Shown piece by piece: positions 1 to 62,054 of a DNA stretch of 64,000 nt. The notes beneath the pieces were generated by a model. It did not search any database, was not told the DNA's origin, and saw only the letters and a list, made by a program, of their open reading frames with translations. The position numbers were made by a program, and so were the translations under genes. The first letter of the stretch is position 1. Every line of letters begins with the position of its first letter. The stretch comes from Macrostomum lignano (Eukaryota): NCBI GenBank assembly GCA_002269645.1, contig NIVC01000587.1, forward strand, positions 391,512-455,511. Direction: 5' to 3'.

Positions 1-393
1 TGCACGTGAAAGGTGGCCAGCTGTACGCGCAAGCGGAAGTCGGCGCCCATCTGACACCTGGCGAAATTGTGCCGCCGCTCTGGGTACAGAAATTGCGACG
101 CGTCGAACACCTGCAGGACGCCGCTGAGCTTCAAGTGTTTGACGCCGTTGATTGAAAAGGCGAGCGCCTCGAGCTCCGAAGCTCTGGCGAAGCGCGCCCA
201 GCCGCGGCAACTGTCGCGCTGGTCAAACTGGCGACGACCGGCGCTGCGACGCTCAACGCTCCGACCGCTGGGGCCGGCGAGGCGGACTGCAAATTCGACA
301 GAGCAGCTGGCCGACTCGGCTAACGTCTGCGGCTCGAACTTGAGGTAAAGCGACACGTAGGGATCGGAAGCACGTCCGGACGGTGGTTGGCTT
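1..393 (-). CDS. MATH-BTB (SPOP-like) gene, exon 3 (runs off the window): C-terminal MATH domain and start of BTB
   Basis: Minus-strand reading DPYVSLYLKFEPQ...CSVEFAVRL...RQFDQRDSCRGWARF...LSGVLQV...GADFRLRVQLATFHVH matches MATH motifs (YVSLYL, GWxxF) and a BTB start (D-x-x-L-x-V...F-x-x-H). The phase-2 NAGNAG acceptor at 390/393 matches the exon 2 donor. Confidence 0.8.
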
Positions 394-499
394 CTTGATT
401 GGATAGGAATAGAACATGGGAAAGCTGTGCTTGGAGCATTGTTTGACACGTACGTCAGCGTGGTTAATTAGTTTTTACGAGCCTAAAGCAGATCAATTT

Positions 500-765
500 A
501 TAGTCTGGTGTGCCAGCGGCCCACAGGCTCGATTCCAAATGCAGTCACATTAATTTGGGACTTAATTGGAATCTCGGCTTGGATCTGCTCGTGGAATTAA
601 CGTCCTTGAGAGCCAACCCTCAAGACAAAGTGAAGTGTACGTGTACATGTCTGAGGATAAATAAAGTTAGGGCCGCTGTACACTCCTGTGTGAGTGTGTG
701 CTGTGCGTTTGACTTGTGTGTCTGCTCAGGGAAGTCGGCTGAATGGGCAGCAATGGGCGGTAATT
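500..765 (+). mobile_element. 5'-truncated copy of tRNA-derived SINE family B
   Basis: Closely matches 35770-35990 (GCAGTCACATTAATTTGGG...GGAATCTCGGCTTGG...AAAGTTAGGGCCGCTGTACACTCCTGTGTGAGTGTG), with an internal insertion. Confidence 0.75.
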
Positions 766-811
766 TAGTTGCCAATGCACTTTACCCCAACTCAAATCTC
801 CTCTCATTTAC

Positions 812-1048
812 CTGTTGCTATCAGGTGAGTCACATCGCCTCATTCGCAGCTTCCAGTTGACTCGGCCAGCTCTGGAACATTCCTTCAGCGAGTACAGCAG
901 CCGCGCTCCCGTCTGCACGAGCCGGCGCACGTCCGAGTAGGGGACGTTGATGCCGAACTTCAGGCTGTACAGAGTCAGGTCTCTTGGCGCCTGCTGCTGC
1001 TGCGGTTGAATCTGACCATCGTAGCTTTGAGTAGCGTCGGCTTTGTCC
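812..1048 (-). CDS. MATH-BTB gene, exon 2 (N-terminal part of MATH, GRVNWKLRM)
   Basis: Acceptor CTTAG|G at 1048 and donor CAG|GTAAAT at 812; 237 nt, phase 2 to phase 2, open frame linking exons 1 and 3. Confidence 0.75.
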
Positions 1049-1349
1049 CTAAGGGTGCATGAGAATTCGGTGCAAGCAAAGTGAATTTGACTTAATTTAC
1101 ACACACGCTATACGTACATACATACAGTCGATTGCATTGCACCAAACCAAAGCTAGCCTGGCCTAGCATCAGCGCTCATCGTGGGAGTCAAGATTTTCTT
1201 CTTGAGCTCTACGCGAGCTTCCTGCATCCCTGCATGCCTCGGGATGCGGGTTGCAGGACTATTCTTTGATTCCTCAGAAAATGAACCGTGAGAGAAGCAC
1301 AGAACCTACTGATTCAGACCTGAACTATAATATTGTGCACAAATATTAC

Positions 1350-2716
1350 CTTGCCCACAAATGCCACTGTTGCATATGCTGCTGCTCATTCAGTTGATGT
1401 CGCTGATTCTGAATTGGCTGGTATGAGTGCTTCTGTTGTTGCTCTTGCTGATTGTTCTGCTCCTGCTGATGACTCTGCTGGCTTTGCTGTTGCTTCTGCT
1501 CCTCGTCCTTTTGCTGCTGCTTTTGCAGATCCTCCTGCTTATTTTGTAGATCCTCCTGTTGCTTCTTTTGCAGATCCTCCTGCTGATTTTGTAGATCCTC
1601 CTGTTGCTGCTTTTGCAGATCTTCTTGTTGCTGCTTTTGCAGATCCTTTTGTTGCTGCTTCTGCAGATCCTCTTGCTGGTGTTTTTGCAGATCTTCTTGT
1701 TGCTGCTTTTGCAGATCCTCTTGCTGCTTTTTCTGCAGATCCTGTTGTTGCTGCTTTTGCAGATCCGCTTGTTTCTGCTTTTGCAGATCCTCTTGTTGCT
1801 GCTTTTGCAGATCCTCTTGCTGCTGTTTCTGCAGATCCTGTTGTTGCTGTTTTTGCAGATCCGCTTGTTTCTGCTTTTGCAGATCCTCTTGATGCTTTTG
1901 CAGATCCTCTTGTTGCTTTTGCAGATCCTCTTGCTGCTTTTGCAGATCCTCTTGCTGCTGTTTCTGCGGATCTTCTTGTTGCTGCTTTTGCAGATCCTCT
2001 TGATGTTTTTGCAGATCCTTTTGTTGCTGCTTCTGCAGATCCTCTTGCTGGTGTTTTTGAAGATCTTCTTGTTGCTGCTTTTGCAGATCCTCTTGCTGCT
2101 GTTTCTGCAGATCCTGTTGTTGCTGCTTTTGCAGATCCGCTTGTTTCTGCTTTTGCAGATCCTCTTGATGTTTTTGCAGATCTTCTTGCTGCTGTTTTTG
2201 AAGATCCTCTTGCTTCTGTTTCTGAAGATCCTCTTGTTGCTTTTGCAGATCCTCTTGCTGCTGTTTCTGAAGATCCTCTTGCTGCTGTTTTTGAAGATCC
2301 TCTTGCTGCTGTTTTTGAAGATCCTCTTGCTGCTGTTTTTGAAGATCCTCTTGTCGCTTCTTTTGCAGATCCTCTTGCTGCTGTTTCTGCAGATCCTCTT
2401 GTTGCTGCTTTTGCAGATTCTCTTGCTTTCGCTTTTCAAGATCTTGTTTTTTGCTGCTCCTGTGTGGAAGATTTTTTTGCCCTTGCTGTTGCTGTCGTTG
2501 CTTTTGCTGATTTAGGATGTACTGCTTTTGCAGGTCCAGATATTGCCGCATTCGCTGCTGCTGCAGCTGGCTCTGCGCCGGCGGCACAGGCAGCTTTCGG
2601 TGCTGCTGGTGCTGCAGCTGATACTGCGGTGGTGGCAGCGGCAACGGCGGAGGGGCCTTTGATGTACTTCTGTCGCCAACCGCGGCTCTGTCGTAACTGC
2701 TGCCGTTACCGGCCAT
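1350..2716 (-). CDS. MATH-BTB gene, exon 1: Gln-rich region of about 38 (LQKQQQED)-type repeats
   Basis: Part of ORF 1346-2770. ATG in AAAATGG context at 2716 (an upstream ATG lies at 2770). Donor AG|GTAATA at 1350 is phase 2, matching the exon 2 acceptor. Confidence 0.7.
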
Positions 2717-3090
2717 TTTAGCCACTTTTTTACCTGCTCTTCTGCCAGCCAAGAGTTTTCTAACACGCATGCAGAATTAAAAATTTTTTCTCGAGCGCAT
2801 TTCTCTGCAGTTCAGGCCTGTGCATCTTTTCTATTCACAAGCGTCTTGCTGTGACTGTGTGCTGCGCTTGGGGTGGCCAGACATTGTTCGAACCGAGGGT
2901 GGGGCACAAAATTGCATTTTCTGGCGGCAGGTGTTTGCTACACTTTACCTATGCTTTGCTTTGCGGGGCAGTTCAACGCTTAATACCCCGAGGTAGACTG
3001 CACTCTCTCTCTCTCTCATGCTCGTTGGCATTGTAATTTCGACTATGCATGGATAGATTGACTGCCAAGAATGCTATGAAATCAATTAAT

Positions 3091-3240
3091 TATGACTGAG
3101 GACTGTATTATATGACTGAGGACTGTATTATATGACTGAGGACTGTATTATATGACTAAGGACTGTATTATATGACTGAGGACTGTATTATATGACTAAG
3201 GACTGTATTATATGACTGAGGACTGTATTATATGACTGAG
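3091..3240. repeat. 20-bp tandem repeat (TATGACTGAGGACTGTATTA), about 7.5 copies
   Basis: Seen directly. Confidence 0.95.
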
Positions 3241-3944
3241 AATTATGTTTACATCTAAGGACTAAGTAGAAAACTTCCACAGCAAATGCCAAGAGGGTTT
3301 GTGCCACGAAACTTGTCAATGACAGTGAATTCCACGCAATGGAGACTTTCTGCGTATATTTAGTCTTCATATATATTGTAAAATGACAAATACTTTATTA
3401 ACTGATAGTGATTACATATGCCGACAAAACAGTTAATATTCGTTGTAAAGTCTTATCACCATCTATTAGTGCCAGCATTGAGTGCGGCTCAAGACATTTA
3501 ATAGATTGTAAAATTTTATCTGCAAGTCTGTATTATAATTATAAATGAAGTGCGCGCGTATTGCTACTGATAGTCTGTGGTCAGTAGCGAGATGAAGATG
3601 CGCGAATACTGACGAAATTATTTTTTTCTCAACAAATTCCATCAGTCGGTGGCAAATATTCCATTAAATTTATTCTCCTCAGATTGCTTAGCAGCTCGTG
3701 AATTTGACTGATAACCTCAGCCCGCATAAAGCTAGCTAATTGGCCTTTCTAAAGCCAGGCAAATTGTATAAAAATGAACCTGTCACTTCCAAATCAACTC
3801 GATACTAGAATAGATTCTAATTTCTGCACCGGTTGCGTTTTTCTTGCAAGTTAAAACATTTTAGCATCCCGTCTAGTCACTCTGGAACTAAAATTAATCT
3901 TTCTGTAGTCACTCTAAGAACTATAATTAAACTTTCTGTTTGTT

Positions 3945-4255
3945 AGGGTTGTAGCCTAGTGGTTAGAGTGTCGGACTCACAACTTGAAGGTCGGGGGTTC
4001 GATTCCCGATCCCACTGGAACAATTTGTTTCCTTGAGCAAGACACTTAAACTCTGCATTGCTTCAGCTCACCCAGCTGTAAAATGGGTGCCAGCATTAGC
4101 TGGGGTAATTGAGGGTGGGTGGCGACCCCCCAGTCCTTGGACTGAACAGCCGTACGCAGCCTTCAGATGCGCCGCGCAATAGCTGCGGCTGAGCTGTCGG
4201 TTGCACATCTGGCCTAATTGGGGTGGGTGTAATCAATTATTATTATTATTATTAG
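3945..4255 (+). mobile_element. tRNA-derived SINE (family A) with a CORE/MIR-like central domain and (TTA)n tail
   Basis: A box TAGCCTAGTGG and B box GGTTCGATTCC, then CCTTGAGCAAGACACTTAA...CTGTAAAATGGG (compare the MIR core CCTTGGGCAAGT-ACTTAA...CTGTAAAATGGG), ending in TTATTATTA. Confidence 0.8.
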
Positions 4256-5578
4256 TCACTCTAGAACTACAATTAACGCTTCTAGTCCCTCTGGAACAGT
4301 TTTCAACCTTTCTAGTCACTCTGGAATTATTGTCACGTCTTCTAGTCACCCTGGAACCGCAATTAACCTTTCTACTCAATCAATCTAAACACCCCGAAAT
4401 TATCACCCCATTCTACTCAACTAAGAACTGTATGTGCCTCCTCTACATATAGCAACTTGTAATCTATTCGATATAAGATGTCCTGACAGGATCCTACATC
4501 GTCTCACCGACTAAGCTTAGGCTACTACGAATGTACAAATTCGTTGGCATTCAGGAAACGCAGGAAAAAGAAAATTATAAGCGAGATGAAAAGAAAGGAG
4601 GGGTTCAGGAAACGACCCGCAGGTTCCGACTTACTAAGGCAAACTGAGTGACATGTAGGCAGCCCAGCCTACATATCCGGTACAATTTCACTGCGATAAC
4701 AAAGCGGGGTCCCGCCCGCATTTCCGGACCTCAGGAACTCCTGCATCGATGCTTCTACAAGCGTACAGGTGCCCGGCAGTTTTTTGCCACAGGAAATTGT
4801 CGTTGGGAGTCATTAAGAATTTGCTAGGGAGACTAGACATACTAGAACCATACTAAGGTCAATATAGTGTGAGCAATGGTAGATTGTATAGTATGTTGCG
4901 GAGTTAAATAATAGCCAAAGCACTGGCTATGATTCAACAATGCAACATTCATGTGCTATACAAGCGCATTGTATACCATTTTTACCCAGCACACCGGTCA
5001 TTTTAACGCACTTTTAAATTTGATTTGATTGGACGAGAGATGGGGTGGGTGAACTTGGGCAGAGAGTATGATGTACATTGATTACGGTTGTGTCGAGGAC
5101 CAGTTAAATTGACAATCAGATAAGATAATGGGCGAGTCTATAACTCAGTCATAAATGTTTAATTAGTTAAATAAAAGCATAGCAGTGTGCCTGCTCTTAT
5201 CAATTGGAAAAATCTGGAGCCGCTGGAGTCGCTGAATGGTGTAATTTTTGACTTGTAATTGTGTCTGGGTAAAAGTTCTTTACAATGCTGCAGTATTCAA
5301 CTCATAGCATTGCATTACCAGTTAGTACTGTTCACTTTAGCTATAAATAGATTGCAAAAAGTCTGGGTGAAGCTTTGAGTCCGGTTACATACTGTAATAT
5401 TGCGGTACTATAGCTGAGCGATAAGAAAACTATGGCGTTTTCATAATTATAAAACAAAATAAGAATGAAATAATATTATATGAAAGTGCTTTCCGAAATT
5501 GGAATTCAATTAATTATTGGAAATCCAGCAGGTTTCTGCGCAAACTGGATCGGTCGTCTCCCATGCCGTTGCCCGTTA

Positions 5579-57287
<51,709 letters not shown>

Positions 57288-58775
57288 CTGGTGTTGATTC
57301 AGACTAGTTGGCAGTCAGAATTGATAAGAAATTGTTTGGTTTATTGGTGTAGAAAGTGTTTGAAATTCTCACATAGACTAGGTATATTCAAAGAGAAAAA
57401 TTATGTTATAATTGCTTGAAATTACTTAACTATTCAAAATAGTAAAATGAATTAAATAAATATTTGCTAGAATTTATTACCTTGACAATGAAAAATATTG
57501 TTATTTTTTATAATTAGTTTAGATTAGAATTCTAATTTAGTTAGATAGAACTAGGTAAATGAAGCATTTTTATCATATTGATTAAAATTTTTAAAGATTA
57601 ATAATAACTCACCAAGGCCTAATTCATCATAGTCAGGTGATACAAAATATAGAGTAGAAATTAAAATATGATATAAAATTATTAAATGTAATTATTTAAT
57701 AGTGACTAATATAGATAAGTATATATATATATGGCTATTTTGATCATTAGTGAACTTGAAAGAATTTAATTTTAGTTATATTATATAATAGATCTTTTTT
57801 GTAAATAGTAAAGCAGTTTTTAAGTCTAAGACTAAGAGTTTATTAAGGCAAGACAATAAAGTAAACTATTAAGACTATAGTAAAAACATTATATCTTCAA
57901 GGCAATGAGGATGACAGTGTTAAATGGATCTAGTCATTGAATTAAAACAATATTTTAGCTCTAACTCTTGAATATTTAACAAAAATTATTTTGTAATTTT
58001 TATAAAAACTTGAAAGGTATTGATTGATTAGCTACATTAGTTTATATTATATTTATGCAATGTGCCTAAAATATGCTTTAAATGTTTCTATCGAATTCAC
58101 AAGGCCTATCAAAAGCAATATTTCTCAATCTAATGCAAAAATATTTACTGAAGAGGTGCAAAAGCTAAACATTTGTCGTCTATGACTTTACTGCACGGTG
58201 CTCAGTGCTTTGGAAATCGTAGTTCACTATGAATTCTTAATGCTAATGACAGCTGGAACACATTTTCAAATATTCAGTAACCACTTTACTCTGTGTTAAA
58301 TTGAAAACCCTTTTTAGTTTTACACTCTGATGGGCAGTTTCATCGCTTGCTGCAAAATTTTGTCTCCCAACATATGTTCTTCCTCGTAATAAAAGATTTC
58401 CTACAATATCAAAATTCTAATTTGCACATTAACAAGCGGAAAAACAAATAGTTGTTTTTTGTCGGTACACTGAATTTACTTCAGAATCAAGCCAAATTTT
58501 TAGTAAAACGTTTCATTTAATTTTAAGTATTTACTGTGCAAGTTGTGAATTTTCGGATTTGTGATTATTACTTCGTTTGGCGATATGTTGTGTTTTTACA
58601 AAACTGAATTAGCAAAATCAGAATTTGTGATTGCCATTATGTTATAATACTTTAGAAGTAAATAATTCAGACAAAATTCAGATATATATACCACAGTGCA
58701 CAGTCTTGTCTGCCTTTTTGTATATTTTACAAAATCTTCCCTGACTTTCATAAGCAAGTAGCCGGGGAGAGCAAT

Positions 58776-58781
58776 AAAAAA
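58776..58781 (-). terminator. Pol III terminator (T6) after tRNA-Ser
   Basis: TTTTTT lies 2 nt downstream of the tRNA on the minus strand. Confidence 0.85.
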
Positions 58782-58783
58782 TT

Positions 58784-58865
58784 CGTCGCAAGCAGGATTC
58801 GAACCTGCGCGGGGAAACCCCATTGGATTTCTAGTCCAACGCCTTAACCACTCGGCCATCGCGAC
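58784..58865 (-). tRNA. tRNA-Ser (anticodon AGA), 82 nt with long variable arm
   Basis: GTCGCGATGGCCGAGTGGTTAAGGCGTTGGACTAGAAATCCAATGGGGTTTCCCCGCGCAGGTTCGAATCCTGCTTGCGACG: paired acceptor stem, TTGGA/TCCAA anticodon stem around CT-AGA-AA, and a TTCGAA T-loop. Confidence 0.96.
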
Positions 58866-59661
58866 TTAATCTACTGCAGTGCCAATTGCATTCTTTAACT
58901 ACAATATATAGTTTCAAAAAAGCTGAGGCCGGTTTCATAAATAGTTAATGACATAGGAGCCATTTCAATTTCGGAGCCAAACCAAACCAAATAACAATTT
59001 CGGAGCCAAATTAATCTATCTATCAAAAAATGCGAGAATTGCTCCAAAGCTAATACTACAATAACATTGTGGCAAAGAGCCGGAAGAATCGGTAGGCTTC
59101 TTCGGTCCGTTCCTTCTTCCTTCGTGGTTTCTATTGTTCTTGGAAATGGAAGAATGGCCTATGACGTATAGATTAGATCGACGAGAAATGGCCGACTACT
59201 GATACTGACGGCGGCCCTACAGTTCCCCAACCATCCAATCTTGTAATTTCTTATTTCTGAATGCAAAGGTAGCAAAAGGGTACTAAGATTAAGAGTAATT
59301 CTCTTTTTCTTTCTCTAGGCTGCACCTGGTGATCACGTGACTGTGAATTGTGTATTCAACAGCCTGAATACCTTACGTCCCTGGTGGCCTTATAGGAACA
59401 GAAACTCCGTCCAACGGCTCAAAGTTGAGATCGTGGGAAAGACCTTAGAAGTTCAATAAATCAGAAAGTAAGAATCCAATGCATAGCACTGTTTCCTGGA
59501 TATGAAGGCATTGTTATAAAAATAAGCGTAAAAACATTCCACTTTCGACGTGTCAAGCTGTTACAACCACGTGCATGCTATTTTGCATTGAAACTTACAA
59601 GCGTTGCATTACACCATGCTGTAACCACAGTCCGCTTTGTTAATTTTTCGATAAGAGAGAA

Positions 59662-60165
59662 ATGGTCTGTTTTACGCAACGTACGCCAGTAACAATGGCG
59701 CTCACCCTAGCTGGTAGCGTGCTGTTTATTGTGGGCGGCGCCACCTGGGGTGGCGGCTACACCGATGGCGACCAACGTCGAACGGACTTAGGCGTCTTCC
59801 TGACCGGTCTGAGCCTCGCCTGTTTGGTCTTGGCAGGCCTGGCTTGCTGGTTTAATACTAGTAGCGCTTCCGATGGCAGAGGCTCAAGAGACCGCAGCAG
59901 TAGGAAATACACGACTGCAACGGGTCTTCCCTTCGAAGATGGCAGTAGATGCGAAGATGCAGAGTACAGGAGCTTCCGGTCCAGTCGGAGAGCTCAATTG
60001 CAGCGGCACCGGTGTCGCCGACACCGTTCGCCTGTGCTGCCGTCGCTCGCGCTGGCAATGCACGTACAGGTCCCTCTTAGACCTTGGGCTAGCGGCCTCT
60101 ATGACAATGCTAGACTGCAGCAGCAATTTTCTGGAACAGATCCTTTGTCGGTCATCTTTGTTTAG
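59662..60165 (+). CDS. 167-aa putative two-TM membrane protein of unknown family
   Basis: ATG in GAAATGG context; two hydrophobic segments (MALTLAGSVLFIVGGATWG and LGVFLTGLSLACLVLAGLACWF), a basic Ser/Arg tail, and C-terminus ...SVIFV*. Confidence 0.65.
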   Translation: MVCFTQRTPVTMALTLAGSVLFIVGGATWGGGYTDGDQRRTDLGVFLTGLSLACLVLAGLACWFNTSSASDGRGSRDRSSRKYTTATGLPFEDGSRCEDAEYRSFRSSRRAQLQRHRCRRHRSPVLPSLALAMHVQVPLRPWASGLYDNARLQQQFSGTDPLSVIFV

Positions 60166-61166
60166 CTTTGGCATTTGTTTGACATGCAAACAAGGACCAC
60201 TATTGAAAATTACGTTAAGGAGGACGCAAATATGCATCGAAAACATTAGCGAGGTATATGCTTTTTCTCTGCAGTATGTCTCTAGAGCTATAAGCTCTAA
60301 CTGCTTCAGCTGTTCCTTTTCACTGACATGCGGATACAGACTTAGAAACCGCAAAATATTAAACTAATCGTTGAGATATTCATATTTAAATTCTCATTAT
60401 CGAAACATTTTACACGATATTTCTTTGTAAGGTGCCCTTGCATGCAAATGCAATCATTGCTTACCTTAGTATCGTGCAGGTTGTATCGTGCAACTTGAAT
60501 TAAAGCAAGTTACTTTGTACATAATTTTACATAATAAGCACTCGTACTTTAGCACTTGCGTTTTGTTTATATGTTTTTTAAGTACTTGATGTCTCTTGAT
60601 AATTGTATTAACAGTAGAAATACCAAGCCATTTTTCCACCCATCGAACTACCATAGCCTGACATTTTTGCTGCGCCGGAATAGAGCACCGGAGGCACACG
60701 AAATTCAAGATACCGTTGTCGACCGTTGAAGGAGGCGACGGCGTCTGTATGACAACTAAATGCTTGAAAGACTAATTGAGGATACATAGCGAGGCTTGCT
60801 TACTGTTGAGGCTTGATCACTGTTGAGACATCAGAGAATTTCGCAATAGGTGTCCATTGTCGCCTGGTGCCACCTGTTGAAGGTCCAGAAGCTCAGCCTG
60901 CGTGAAGGTCAATGACCAGCGATGTCAGAGCTGATGCAAACATTTGTCGTCGATCAAATTTATAGGCTTGGCAGGGCCGAACTGAGGCGCAGTGCTGAAT
61001 GGTACACAGGGGTGTATTAATTGCACTAGCGCTTATTGGAGAACATCCGACCATCTGGTAGAATTGTTGAATATCTCGACGGTCCGGATGGGCTGGAAAA
61101 TTGATTCTTGTTTGAGAAGGTGCGCAACAAAAAGTTTGCCAGTTAGTTCTTGAATTTCGTGTTGCT

Positions 61167-61518
61167 CCGTTCCGGAGCAGCAAAACATTGTCAGGGGGGA
61201 TTTCCCCGTTCCGGAGCAGCAAAACATTGTCAGGGGGGATTTCCCCGTTCCGGAGCAGCAAAACATTGTCAGGGGGGATTTCCCCGTTCCGGAGCAGCAA
61301 AACATTGTCAGGGGGGATTTCCCCGTTCCGGAGCAGCAAAACATTGTCAGGGGGGATTTCCCCGTTCCGGAGCAGCAAAACATTGTCAGGGGGGATTTCC
61401 CCGTTCCGGAGCAGCAAAACATTGTCAGGGGGGATTTCCCCGTTCCGGAGCAGCAAAACATTGTCAGGGGGGATTTCCCCGTTCCGGAGCAGCAAAACAT
61501 TGTCAGGGGGGATTTCCC
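61167..61518. repeat. 39-bp tandem repeat, 9 essentially identical copies
   Basis: CCGTTCCGGAGCAGCAAAACATTGTCAGGGGGGATTTCC, seen directly. Confidence 0.95.
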
Positions 61519-62054
61519 CTTGGTAGTTTTACTGTTAATGCACTATTATGCAGCCAAAATATACACAAAATTTCACATTACAGGTTGGAAAAAACCCTTA
61601 TGATTATGAATGGCACCTTAAAATTCTAGTCATCTTTTAGCTGCTTGATTAATTTTTACCACCAGCTAGTAGGTTCTGCTGCTTGCAATTAACCAATATT
61701 GCCCAGCAAATAACCACACACAGCCTCCATATTTAGTCTTCGTGAAAAGCGTGCTGATGACGAGGCAATTTTTCGTGCCCCGCATTTTTTATTGCCTGCA
61801 AATGCATCTGCGACTAAACTTTGAATGTGACTATTGTTTACATGTATTTATATTTAAGTAACAAAGTAGGTTTATGCTATCATAAAAATTATCCACGCTT
61901 CATGCAGTCAACGGAAATGATTCAAAGCACTGGACCGGAAAATCTCAGCAAATATAAACGGTAAACAACAGCTACAGTTCAATCCAATTTTTCGTTTGAA
62001 ACAACGACTTTGTTGTCAAGCGTAGCTTTACGTTCAGTCGATTTTTGAAGCGAA

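Noticed and set aside
1333-2721. Plus-strand ADPL-repeat ORF (462 aa) and other overlapping frames
   Set aside because: These are antisense or alternative-frame shadows of the Q-rich exon, which alone has in-phase splice links to the MATH exons.
3945-4015. SINE heads at 3945 and 35739 as tRNA genes
   Set aside because: No proper acceptor stem or Pol III terminator, and both continue into SINE bodies.
61750-61790. Hammerhead ribozyme core (CTGATGA), also checked near 3565, 29325 and 44058
   Set aside because: No properly placed GAAA or supporting stems.
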